Assembly (NCBI GenBank): GCA_964628445.1
Contig: CAZVOP010000004.1
Location: 9,635-73,634, forward strand
DNA length: 64,000 nt
Source of the DNA: an uncultured Pseudobdellovibrionaceae bacterium
Lineage (GTDB): Bacteria > Bdellovibrionota > Bdellovibrionia > Bdellovibrionales > UBA1609
Direction of reading: 5' to 3'
Below are positions 27,522 through 36,538 of the stretch, one piece after another. Position numbers and translations under genes: made by a program. Below the pieces are notes generated by a model. That model did not search any database. It saw only the letters and a list, made by a program, of their open reading frames with translations, and was not told the origin of the DNA. Every line of letters begins with the position of its first letter. The stretch's first letter is position 1.

Positions 27522-29078
27522 TCAATAAACAACTTTAGTTTTCATGCTCGACACTTCCAAAGCAATCGCCTCGGCGATGCGAATCCCGTCACATGCCGCA
27601 CTGGTGATCCCACCCGCATAGCCGGCGCCCTCACCCGCAGGATATAGCCCTCGATGCGAAACCGAATGAAAAGTCTCCGGATCACGGGTCACGCGCAACG
27701 GACAAGACGTGCGCGATTCCACTCCATGAAGCAAAGCTTGATCGCTGATAAAACCCCTCATCTCATTGTCGAATTTCTTTAAACCTTCAAAGAACTGCTT
27801 CTTGAAATTCCCGTCGAACAATTGATCCAAACGGGTTGCGACCACGCCCGATGGACATGAGGTGTCCAGCACAGGGCCTGAGCGCTCCTCTAAAAAATCC
27901 ACCAAGCGCTGCGCGGGAAGCTCGCGCGTGCCGCCGGCCTTTAAGACTTGCTCAAGGCCTGAGGCCTCAAGCTCTTTGCGGTAATTCATGCCGCCGAACA
28001 AATCGCCCGCGAAATTGTCTTCGTGAGAAACACTCACCACCAGCGCCGCATTGGCGAAGCGGGAGCCGCGCGAATAATTGCTCATGCCGTTGGCGACGAC
28101 ACCACCGCCCGCTGTCGCCGAAGAGAGAACGTAGCCGCCCGGGCACATGCAAAAACTCCACACGCCCACTTCGGTCTTTTTGTCGGTGTAGGCGAGTTTG
28201 TAATTGGCCGCGCCGAGCTTTTTATTCTCGGCATGCTCGCGAAACTGAATTTGATTGATGTACTTTTGCGGGTGTTCGATACGAAGGCCAACTGCGAAGG
28301 ATTTGCCTTCCATAAACACGCCGATGTCCTGAAGATGCGCGAACATGTCTTCGGCCGAGTGCCCACAAGCCAAAATCAAACGCTCACATGGAATCAATTC
28401 GCCTGTCGATAAACGAACGCCTTCGACGGCTTTGTCGCGCATTAAAATTTCATCGACCTTGGAATTAAAACGAATGTCACAACCAAGCTCCCGCAGCCGC
28501 TCGCGCATCTTCGGAATCACGCGCCGGATTCGGTCCGAACCCACATGAGGATTCGACAGATACTCAATTTCCGCAGGCGCACCGAACTGCACCAAGCGTT
28601 GCATAACGTAGGGGATGTGCTCGGACTTAATTCGCGTGATCAATTTGCCGTCGGAAAATAATCCCGCGCCACCTTCACCGAATCCGACATTGTTCAAGGG
28701 ATCAAGCTCGCCATAGCGCCAAAAGCGGCCGATCGCCAAAATCCTTTTTGCGGTTTCACCGCCCTGCTCAAGCAAAATGCATTTGATCCCGCGCTCGCTC
28801 AAGCGCAAAGCCGCAAACAATCCGGCAGGCCCTGCACCCACGATCACGACCGGGCGGTCATTGAACTTCACCGGTGAGATTTCGATATTGGGCCGTGAAG
28901 CCTTCTCGCCGTTCTCAAACACCTCGACCGAGTACACGAAATGGGGCGAATGTCTCTGGCGGGCATCGACACTTTGGCGCAAAACGCGGTAATCGCTATA
29001 GCCCGGCGCCATCCATGCCAGATGCTCCTCTAACGACTCATCCAACCCCAGTTTTATATTGCGCAGAGTGCGACCCAT
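27522..29078 (-). CDS. FAD-dependent protein (COG2509-type uncharacterised dehydrogenase)
   Basis: VVIVGAGPAGLFAALRL...ILLEQG is an FAD fold. At 518 aa, the architecture is typical of this family. Confidence 0.8.
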   Translation of the reverse strand: MGRTLRNIKLGLDESLEEHLAWMAPGYSDYRVLRQSVDARQRHSPHFVYSVEVFENGEKASRPNIEISPVKFNDRPVVIVGAGPAGLFAALRLSERGIKCILLEQGGETAKRILAIGRFWRYGELDPLNNVGFGEGGAGLFSDGKLITRIKSEHIPYVMQRLVQFGAPAEIEYLSNPHVGSDRIRRVIPKMRERLRELGCDIRFNSKVDEILMRDKAVEGVRLSTGELIPCERLILACGHSAEDMFAHLQDIGVFMEGKSFAVGLRIEHPQKYINQIQFREHAENKKLGAANYKLAYTDKKTEVGVWSFCMCPGGYVLSSATAGGGVVANGMSNYSRGSRFANAALVVSVSHEDNFAGDLFGGMNYRKELEASGLEQVLKAGGTRELPAQRLVDFLEERSGPVLDTSCPSGVVATRLDQLFDGNFKKQFFEGLKKFDNEMRGFISDQALLHGVESRTSCPLRVTRDPETFHSVSHRGLYPAGEGAGYAGGITSAACDGIRIAEAIALEVSSMKTKVVY

Positions 29079-29113
29079 AGACTCTCTTCTAGCGAGCTTC
29101 TAAAGTAGTCGCA

Positions 29114-29953
29114 ATGAAAGCTTTTAAGACCTTCTTTCTCTCGACCATATTCCCCTGGATCCCGAAGCGGCTCCTGAGCCGGGCCGTGGGTTTGATCATG
29201 CGTTTGCCGCTCTCAAAAAGGGGGCGGGGGGCTGTGATCCACGCTTTTGCGAAATTTTTTAAAATCAACGCTTTGGAAGCGGAATTTGAGGGCAAAAGTT
29301 ACCGCTCACTCGATGAATTTTTCACGCGCAAGCTTAAAGCCGGCTTAAGGCCGATCGAAAGCAGCTTCATTCACCCAGTCGACGGAAAGCTCACGCAACA
29401 CGCGGAAATCCAAAATGGCGAGTTGATTCAAGCCAAGGGTTGGAATTATTCCGTGGCCGAATTTCTTGGCGATGAAGAGCTCGCTAAAAAATACGAAAAA
29501 GGCAGCTTCTACACTTATTATCTGTGCCCCGCGGATTATCACCGTGTTCATGCGCCGGTCGCGGGCGATCTTATTAGCGCCCGCCATATTCCCGGACTTT
29601 TGTGGCCGGTCAATGAATGGAGTGTGACCAATATCCGCAGGCTTTTCTGCCTGAATGAGCGCGTGGTCCTCAATTTCACTTCGGCCCAAGGAAATTGGTC
29701 GCTGGTGATGGTCGGGGCCACAAATGTGGGGCATATTACGGTAAGCCTCGATCCTTCGATTACGACGAATCGCTGGATGTGGCATGCGCCGACGGATCGT
29801 CAATATAGCCCGGCGCTGCCGGTTCAGGCCGGGGACGAGCTCGGAATGTTTCACTTAGGATCCACGGTGATCTGCCTCTTCGAAAAATCTTTCCCGCGCG
29901 GGTTCTCCCAAAGAGAGAGAGACGTCAAAATGGGCCAAAACGCTCATCCCTAA
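29114..29953 (+). CDS. psd: Phosphatidylserine decarboxylase proenzyme
   Basis: FHLGSTVI contains the LGST self-cleavage site. 279 aa. Confidence 0.9.
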   Translation: MKAFKTFFLSTIFPWIPKRLLSRAVGLIMRLPLSKRGRGAVIHAFAKFFKINALEAEFEGKSYRSLDEFFTRKLKAGLRPIESSFIHPVDGKLTQHAEIQNGELIQAKGWNYSVAEFLGDEELAKKYEKGSFYTYYLCPADYHRVHAPVAGDLISARHIPGLLWPVNEWSVTNIRRLFCLNERVVLNFTSAQGNWSLVMVGATNVGHITVSLDPSITTNRWMWHAPTDRQYSPALPVQAGDELGMFHLGSTVICLFEKSFPRGFSQRERDVKMGQNAHP

Positions 29954-29961
29954 AACCCGCA

Positions 29962-29984
29962 TCCGTTTTCATTGCACTTTCATC
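29962..29984 (+). promoter_or_regulatory. 23-nt conserved motif TCCGTTTTCATTGCACTTTCATC (copy 1), candidate operator
   Basis: Identical to 31083..31105. Contains TTTCAT-tgcac-TTTCAT, a direct repeat with an 11-bp period. Ends 75 nt upstream of the FbpA-like gene start. Confidence 0.5.
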
Positions 29985-30059
29985 GACGGGTCGGAGTTGC
30001 TTTAAGGGCGCCTCGCTTCTAAGCAGTCAGTTTATCGAACTATTTTCTAGGAGAATCGA

Positions 30060-31043
30060 ATGCAAATCGGCTTGCTTAGCTTGATTTTGGTTTTTGGCGC
30101 TCAACTGGCTTCGGCGAACACCCTTCGCGTACTGACCGACCGCCCTAAGGATCGCGTCGAAAAAGCCATGCAGGGTTTTACGGAGATGAGCGGCGTGCAA
30201 GTCGAAATCGTAAGCCGGCCTTACGCCGAGTTGAAAGAGCTCGCGAAAGTGCCTGGCGAAAGCGATCTGTTGCTGCTTAAAGATTTAACCTTTCTTGCTG
30301 ATGCGGCCGACAATCAACTTTTTCAAGCGATGAACGCGCCGAATATGCGCTTGCGTGTCGCTCCCTTTATGCGCGATCCGGGAGGCCTTTGGACCGCGAT
30401 CACTTACCGCATCCGCACCATCGCCTTTGACCCGTCGGTCGTGCCGGCCCAAGATTTGTCGACTTACGAATCTTTGGCGCGTCCTGAGTTTAAAGGCCGC
30501 TTGTGCATGCGTAACGCCAAAGAATACATGCCGGCGATGACCGCATGGATGATCACTCGCTACGGCGAAGCCAAGGCAGAAGCCATTTTGCGCGGTTGGA
30601 GCGAGAATCTGGCTGAGGGCTTCACGGATGGCGATTCCGTTTCGCTTAAGAAAATCAATGAGGGAAGTTGTGCAGCGTCAGTCGTTAACCAGTATTATTT
30701 AGCTCGGCTGAAGAACGCAGACAAACGCTTCCCGGTGAGTTTGAATTTCGCCGATCAATTTGAGGGCGGTTTGCACACCAATGGATTCGGTGGCGGAATC
30801 GTTAAGGGCACTAAAAACTCAGCCAATGCGAACATCTTGCTCGGCTATTTGCTCTCGCATGAAGGCCAAGCGGCATTGGTGGCTGAGCCCTCGTTTGAAT
30901 ATCCGGCAAATAGCGATTTTAAACCGGTCGAGATTGTAGAAAACTTCGGAACCTTCAAGGCCTCGGATTTAAGTTGGAAAAGTGTCGCCGCGAACTTAAA
31001 CAAGGCCAATGCCTTATTGGATAAGGTTGGATGGGCGAAGTAG
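30060..31043 (+). CDS. Fe(3+)-type ABC transporter substrate-binding protein (FbpA/AfuA-like), orphan
   Basis: AGGAG RBS and signal peptide MQIGLLSLILVFGAQLASA. VVNQYYLARL and FEYPANSDF align with remembered FbpA segments (INNYYWYNL and AEYPLRADV). Confidence 0.8.
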   Translation: MQIGLLSLILVFGAQLASANTLRVLTDRPKDRVEKAMQGFTEMSGVQVEIVSRPYAELKELAKVPGESDLLLLKDLTFLADAADNQLFQAMNAPNMRLRVAPFMRDPGGLWTAITYRIRTIAFDPSVVPAQDLSTYESLARPEFKGRLCMRNAKEYMPAMTAWMITRYGEAKAEAILRGWSENLAEGFTDGDSVSLKKINEGSCAASVVNQYYLARLKNADKRFPVSLNFADQFEGGLHTNGFGGGIVKGTKNSANANILLGYLLSHEGQAALVAEPSFEYPANSDFKPVEIVENFGTFKASDLSWKSVAANLNKANALLDKVGWAK

Positions 31044-31082
31044 GCGGTTAAAATGGGCCCCAAGACCGGGTCCATAGCCGCC

Positions 31083-31105
31083 TCCGTTTTCATTGCACTT
31101 TCATC
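31083..31105 (+). promoter_or_regulatory. 23-nt conserved motif TCCGTTTTCATTGCACTTTCATC (copy 2), candidate operator
   Basis: Identical to 29962..29984. The next 16 nt are partly conserved (10/16) and end in GTTGC in both copies. Ends 52 nt upstream of the TonB-like gene start. Confidence 0.5.
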
Positions 31106-31157
31106 CGCGTGTGCGGGTTGCATTCGCGGGCGGGCACTCCTAATTATCTAAGCATTC

Positions 31158-31766
31158 ATGGATGCAGTCATTAAGCCTCTTGATATTCGTTGGACCGTTT
31201 TGATCTCCGGCCTTCTTCACGCCGGGGCTTTACTCTTTTTAGCGATGAAGATCTCGAACGCTCAGGTCGTGCCGATCGGAGTCGAGGTTTTATACACGGA
31301 TGGGTCGGCGAAGGTTCCGTCCGTGCAAGCCCAAGTGAAACCGCGGATCAAAGCGCGCCCGGTGCTTGAAAAATCCACTGAAGCTCCGAGTGTAAAAGAA
31401 AATCTTCAGCCGGTGAGCGAACCAGTTGCTGCTTCCCTAAGCCAAGGGCCGGCCGGCCGTCATGACGGCGTCGTGGTCAGCGCGCTTGAGCGTTACAAGT
31501 ACGAGCTGCGCTTGTTTTTAGAGAGCCGCAAGATTTATCCCGAAGCGGCCAAGCGCCTTCATCAAAGCGGAACGGTGATCGTGCAATTTAAGGTGAGCGC
31601 TGCGGGCGAGCTATCGGATGTGAATTTAAGTGAGCCTTCCCACTCGGAAGCTTTGAATCGCGCGGCATTTGAATTAGTGAAGCGAGCCTCCAATTTTAAA
31701 CCCTTTCCCAAAGAAGTGCAGGTGGATGAGCTGAAGCTCGCCCTGCCGATCGAGTATGTCCTATGA
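31158..31766 (+). CDS. TonB family energy transducer
   Basis: N-terminal TM anchor (WTVLISGLLHAGALLFLAM), a Pro/Lys-rich linker, and the C-terminal YPEAAKRLHQSGTVIVQFKVSAAGELSDV (TonB_C). Confidence 0.8.
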   Translation: MDAVIKPLDIRWTVLISGLLHAGALLFLAMKISNAQVVPIGVEVLYTDGSAKVPSVQAQVKPRIKARPVLEKSTEAPSVKENLQPVSEPVAASLSQGPAGRHDGVVVSALERYKYELRLFLESRKIYPEAAKRLHQSGTVIVQFKVSAAGELSDVNLSEPSHSEALNRAAFELVKRASNFKPFPKEVQVDELKLALPIEYVL

Positions 31767-33031
31767 AAAAGCTGATGAAGGTTTTTGTTCTGGCCAGTCT
31801 GTGCGTGGCCTGCAGTGATTTTTTTCCCGGCGGAAAATCCGCAAACGAAGACGCGCGCCCAGGCCTATCGGGTGGCTTGCCCGATAAGGCCGAGCTTGAT
31901 GAAAAGGCTTGCGATTACGGCAGGCTTGATTCAAGCGATCTTCGGCAACAATTCGTGTGGACGCTCTCGACCCAGTGGATTTGTCCCAAGGTCAGTGAAT
32001 TCCGCTACTACGTCACCTTACTCAGACTTTCGAGCCGCCTTTCGTGCACGGAAAATGCGCCAAGCGGAATCGAAAAAGACGTCGACCGCAATTGGTACGG
32101 CGCCATTCAGGCTTACGAACGTTTAGCTGCGAATCCCTTCGGGCCCATGCATGCCGAGAGCAACAAATTGGGCATGGAGATTTACTCGTGGCCCAACTAC
32201 AACCGCTTCGCCTTGAACGCCGAATATCTTAAAGCCGTCGATCAGGGCGATAACTACGTCATGCACTTGGCGCCAAGCCGCAAAGGTTTTAGCGCGATAG
32301 AGAGTTTGATTTTTAACCGCCAAGCGACCTTGAAGCCGGGTTTAAGCGGAAAGTTGCGCGCGGATGAAGTCGCATTCAATGCGCTTGGTGAGAGCGAACG
32401 GCGTAAGGCCCGCTGCACGGTTTTGAAAAGCATGGTCAATGACGTGGCTCTGCACACGGAAGAACTTTACTCCGCTTGGGCCAGCGGCGCCGGGGCTTAT
32501 CCGCGCCAGTTGGCTGCGCGCATGAAGAGCAATGAGACGCAAATGATCTTGAATGAGATCAGCGACGGCATGATTTATGTCGAAAAACTGAAGGACTATA
32601 AAATCGGTTTGCCTTTGGGGTTGAACACGCGCTGCCGTGAACAAAAATGCCCCGACGATGTCGAGCATGCCTTAAGTGGTGCGGGCGTCGAATCTTTGCG
32701 CGCCAATCTTGACGGCTTGCGGGCGGGCTTTGAGGGTTTCAAAGGCCCGGGCTTTAAGGATCTATTGAGCGCCGTCGGGCGTGGGCCTTTAGCACAGCAG
32801 ATGTCGATTTGGCTTGAGCAAATGGATGCTTCGATCAAAGAGATCGAAGCACAAGGTCCACTTCGCGATCAAGTGGCGTCCACCGACAAAACCATCTGCA
32901 TCGATGCCTCGAGCCCGTCGGCGGTATGCCGCCTGTATTTTCAGTCGGCCGGTTTCTTGGCTCTTTTTAAAGCGGATTTTATGTCGGCCCTGAACCTGCA
33001 ACCGCCGCGTACCGACGCGGACAATGATTGA
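31763..33031 (+). CDS. Imelysin-like (peptidase M75/IrpA-like) lipoprotein
   Basis: The start overlaps the tonB stop (ATGA). Lipobox LASLCVAC. KGFSAIESLIF sits where imelysins carry G-x-H-x-x-E, with His replaced by Ser. About 400 aa, helical. Confidence 0.65.
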   Translation: MKKLMKVFVLASLCVACSDFFPGGKSANEDARPGLSGGLPDKAELDEKACDYGRLDSSDLRQQFVWTLSTQWICPKVSEFRYYVTLLRLSSRLSCTENAPSGIEKDVDRNWYGAIQAYERLAANPFGPMHAESNKLGMEIYSWPNYNRFALNAEYLKAVDQGDNYVMHLAPSRKGFSAIESLIFNRQATLKPGLSGKLRADEVAFNALGESERRKARCTVLKSMVNDVALHTEELYSAWASGAGAYPRQLAARMKSNETQMILNEISDGMIYVEKLKDYKIGLPLGLNTRCREQKCPDDVEHALSGAGVESLRANLDGLRAGFEGFKGPGFKDLLSAVGRGPLAQQMSIWLEQMDASIKEIEAQGPLRDQVASTDKTICIDASSPSAVCRLYFQSAGFLALFKADFMSALNLQPPRTDADND

Positions 33032-34400
33032 TTTGATGGAGCGTTTGCTTTTTAGACCCGTTCATTCTTCCTCTCTTGGCGCTTACCGGATTATTTTCGG
33101 CCTGCTGAACGCTTTTGGACTCATGCGTTTTTGGTATTTGGGCTGGATCGAGCGCTCGTTCACCAATCCGCAATTTTTGTTTAAGTACCTGGGATTCTCA
33201 TGGGTGGAGCTGTGGCCGGGAAACGGCATTTACATTCATTTCGCCGTCTTGATCGCGGTCTGTTTGTGCTTGTCTCTGGGATTATTTACGCGCGTGATGA
33301 GCGTTTTGTTTTTCTTAGGTTTCACTTACATCGAGTTGCTCGATTTAAGCAATTACCTGAACCATTATTATCTGATCTCACTCCTTGCCTTCATCAATAT
33401 CTTTTTGCCGCTAAATGCTTCGGCTTCACTCGATAACGTTTTGGGATTGAGCGAAAGGCGTGAATGGGTTCCGGCTTGGACGCTGAATTGGCTAAGGGGA
33501 CAAGTCGCTACGGTTTATTTCTTTGCGGGCCTTGCAAAATTGGGCGGCGATTGGTTGTTGCGCGCGCAGCCCTTAAACCTTTGGCTGACGTCGAACACCG
33601 ACTTGCCGGTCATCGGATTTTTGCTGGATAAGGTTTGGGTGCAGTACGTTTTTAGTTGGTCTGGATTTTTGTTCGATCTCACCATTCCATTTTGGATGAT
33701 GAGCCGGCGTTTCCGCGCTCCCGCTTTTGCCGCGATCGTGGTGTTTCACGCGATTACCTCTGCTTTGTTCCCGATCGGGTTGTTCACGTTTATCATGGTG
33801 GCTTCGGCCTTGGTGTTTTTTGACAGCGATTGGCCGCGGCAGTTGTGGGTTTGGCTGCGGCATCGGGAATCACATTTCGCGCAGCCGGGAGTTTTTGCTA
33901 CGGCAAAGGCCCCCTCCCGTTCGTTTTTTATTCCGGCGGCGCTGGCTTTGTATTTTGCGATTCAGTTTGCGCTTCCGCTGCGCCATTTCTTGTACCCCGG
34001 CAATGTGCTCTGGAGCGAGGAGGGCATGCGCTTTTCGTGGAAGGTGATGGTGCGCGAAAAAAACACCTCCACGGTTTTCAAGGTGGTTGAACGCAAGAGC
34101 GGAAGATACTGGTATGTTTCGCCGGCCGAGTATTTGTTGCGCCATCAGGAAGCCGAAATGTCAGGCACGCCCGATATGATTTTGCAGTTCGCACATTTTC
34201 TCGAGAGACGCTTTCATGATCAAGGTCTTGACGTCGCGGTTTATGCCGAAGCCAAAAGCAGTTTCAACGGCCGGGCCGCGGCCCCGCTGGTGGATTCGGG
34301 CAAAGATCTGACTCAAGAAGAAGATTCGTTTAGGCCGAAAACGTGGATAAAACCTGCGCCGGTGAGCGCGCCTGAAATGCTGTGGGTGAATAGGCGATGA
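33024..34400 (+). CDS. HTTM domain protein (vitamin K-dependent gamma-carboxylase-like membrane protein)
   Basis: LGAYRIIFGLLNAFGLMRFW...PQFLFKYLGFSWV is the HTTM N-terminal signature. RFSWKVMVREK matches the YSWDMMVH-type segment of gamma-carboxylases. Overlaps the upstream gene by 8 nt. Confidence 0.8.
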   Translation: MIDLMERLLFRPVHSSSLGAYRIIFGLLNAFGLMRFWYLGWIERSFTNPQFLFKYLGFSWVELWPGNGIYIHFAVLIAVCLCLSLGLFTRVMSVLFFLGFTYIELLDLSNYLNHYYLISLLAFINIFLPLNASASLDNVLGLSERREWVPAWTLNWLRGQVATVYFFAGLAKLGGDWLLRAQPLNLWLTSNTDLPVIGFLLDKVWVQYVFSWSGFLFDLTIPFWMMSRRFRAPAFAAIVVFHAITSALFPIGLFTFIMVASALVFFDSDWPRQLWVWLRHRESHFAQPGVFATAKAPSRSFFIPAALALYFAIQFALPLRHFLYPGNVLWSEEGMRFSWKVMVREKNTSTVFKVVERKSGRYWYVSPAEYLLRHQEAEMSGTPDMILQFAHFLERRFHDQGLDVAVYAEAKSSFNGRAAAPLVDSGKDLTQEEDSFRPKTWIKPAPVSAPEMLWVNRR

Positions 34401-36538
34401 TCCAGATATTATTTGTTTTTATGTTGAATCATGCTTTCGCAGACGAGGCTTCGACGCTTTCAACGATTCGTGTGATCGGGAGTGAAGCGCAAGAACTCAA
34501 TAAGCCGAATTCCTCCAGTTACATTTCCAAAGAAAAATTGGCGCGCCAGCAAGACGGCGACTTAAACCGCGTGATCCGCCAAGTGCCCGGCGTCTATGTG
34601 CGCGAGGAAGACGGCTATGGTTTAAGACCGAATATTGGGCTTCGCGGAGTGAATCCCGACCGCAGCAAAAAAATTAATATTCTAGAAGATGGGATTCTCA
34701 TTGGCCCGGCCCCGTATTCAGCGCCGGCGGCCTATTACACGCCGAATATGCAGCACATCGAAGGTGTTGAGGTTTTTAAAGGCGTGGCGACGGTTCCATT
34801 TGGGCCGAACAGTGTGGCCGGCACGGTCAATCTGCTCACGCCGGAAATCGTTTCTGGCGGTTTTATTGATGGAAGTCTTGGCACCTTCGATTATCGAAAA
34901 ATTGTCGGCAGAGTTGGGCGTGAAGGCGAGATTCATTCCGTTTTGTTTCAAGGCGGCTATCATGAGACCACGGGTTTTAAGAAATTGCCGGGAGATCGCG
35001 ATACCGGTTTCAAACAGGGCGACTTCCTACTTAAAACCAGGACCCGCTTGCGTGCGGGGGACCGACCGCAGTTTTTGGATATTAAGCTCGGCAGTTCGAC
35101 CGAAGATTCGAACGAGAGTTACTTAGGGATCAGCGAAGGGGATTTTAAAAAGAGCCCTTATCAGCGCTATGCCGCAAGCGAACGCGATGAAATGCAGTGG
35201 AATCATCAGACCTACCAAGCAAGTTATACGGCGGCGCTTACCGGGAGCTCCACTCTTGTCGTCACCGCTTATCAGCATCAGTTCGAGCGCGTTTGGTACC
35301 GCCTCGATAAATTCAATTCCACCACCACGTTGCGCACGGTTTTAAAAGATCCAACGACTTATATCGATCAGTATAAAATTCTGCGCGGCGAGCAGGATTC
35401 AAATGTCATCGGCACCTCCGGCGATCTCGATATCGCCCGCAACAAACGTAATTTTTATTCGCGTGGGGTCCAGATCCATCACATGCTGAGCACCAGTGTG
35501 CATGAGCTGCACTGGGGTTTAAGAATTCACGAGGACCAGATTCGCCGCCATCATGGCCTAGACCGCTATTCGATGACCGCAGGTCACATGGTGCGCACAA
35601 TGGATCCGCGCATTGAGAGCGAAGTGGACCGCGACACCAGTTGGTCCGAATCCCTATTCGCGAAAGATGAAATCAATCTCGATCCGTTTCGCATCACGAT
35701 CGCCGCGCGCTATGAGCGGCTGCACAGCGATTCCAGAAAATTTATTGTCAACGATGTGCCGAGTTCGATCAGTGTCCAGAACAAGGATGAGTTCTTTGTT
35801 CCCGGCGTGGGCGCGGTTTATTCGGTTACGCCGACGACCTCGATTTTTGCCGGCATCAATAAGGGCTATGCGCCGGTTGGACCCGGGCAAGCCGATGCGA
35901 TCAAACCCGAAGAGAGCACCAATTATGAGTTGGGCTTTCGCTACCTCAAGCAATTCTTTTTTGAGGCGATCGGCTTTTACTCGGATTACCGTAACATAAA
36001 AGGTCTTTGCTCGTTTTCGACGGGCTGCACGAGCGGTAGCCAGAGTGAAGAGTTCAACGGCGGGCAGGCCACGATCTTCGGTGTCGAATCGCGCTTGCGC
36101 TTCGATGCGTTCTGGAGAAAATTTAAGTTTCCTCTCGAGTTCAATTACACCTTCACCAGCGCGCATTTTGATTCGCAGTTCACGACTTCGTCCGAAGAAT
36201 GGGGCGCGGGCACCATTCGCCCAGGGGCACCGCTGCCGTATATTCCGGAACATCAGTACACGGTGAGCGCGGGGCTTGAGCGAGGCAAGATCAGCTCGGA
36301 CTTGCGACTCAATTGGACCGGCCGGCAATACGACCAATCGGTCGAAGCGGGGCGCTTAAGCGTTAACGGTTACGGCGTCGTCGACTTGAATGTAAAATAC
36401 AAAACGTCGAACAACTCGTTCGCCTATTTGAAAATCGATAACCTGCTCGATAACGAGTACATCGTTTCATACCGCCCGTATGGCGCGCGTCCCGGCAAGG
36501 ATCGCACGATGTTGGTGGGATTTAAGCAAAGCTTTTGA
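34397..36538 (+). CDS. TonB-dependent receptor (siderophore/iron-type)
   Basis: The start overlaps the HTTM stop (ATGA). It has a signal peptide, plug motifs (DLNRVIRQVPGVYV, GLRGV) and a barrel-sized body. It ends ...MLVGFKQSF with the canonical terminal Phe. Confidence 0.9.
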   Translation: MIQILFVFMLNHAFADEASTLSTIRVIGSEAQELNKPNSSSYISKEKLARQQDGDLNRVIRQVPGVYVREEDGYGLRPNIGLRGVNPDRSKKINILEDGILIGPAPYSAPAAYYTPNMQHIEGVEVFKGVATVPFGPNSVAGTVNLLTPEIVSGGFIDGSLGTFDYRKIVGRVGREGEIHSVLFQGGYHETTGFKKLPGDRDTGFKQGDFLLKTRTRLRAGDRPQFLDIKLGSSTEDSNESYLGISEGDFKKSPYQRYAASERDEMQWNHQTYQASYTAALTGSSTLVVTAYQHQFERVWYRLDKFNSTTTLRTVLKDPTTYIDQYKILRGEQDSNVIGTSGDLDIARNKRNFYSRGVQIHHMLSTSVHELHWGLRIHEDQIRRHHGLDRYSMTAGHMVRTMDPRIESEVDRDTSWSESLFAKDEINLDPFRITIAARYERLHSDSRKFIVNDVPSSISVQNKDEFFVPGVGAVYSVTPTTSIFAGINKGYAPVGPGQADAIKPEESTNYELGFRYLKQFFFEAIGFYSDYRNIKGLCSFSTGCTSGSQSEEFNGGQATIFGVESRLRFDAFWRKFKFPLEFNYTFTSAHFDSQFTTSSEEWGAGTIRPGAPLPYIPEHQYTVSAGLERGKISSDLRLNWTGRQYDQSVEAGRLSVNGYGVVDLNVKYKTSNNSFAYLKIDNLLDNEYIVSYRPYGARPGKDRTMLVGFKQSF

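Noticed and set aside
29962-29984. Whether the 23-nt repeated motif is a Fur box or a sigma-54 promoter.
   Set aside because: It has no dyad symmetry or GATAAT-type hexamers as in Fur boxes. TTGCA is present, but there is no GG 10 nt upstream of the GC, so it does not fit -24/-12 spacing. The direct-repeat architecture fits a winged-helix regulator better.
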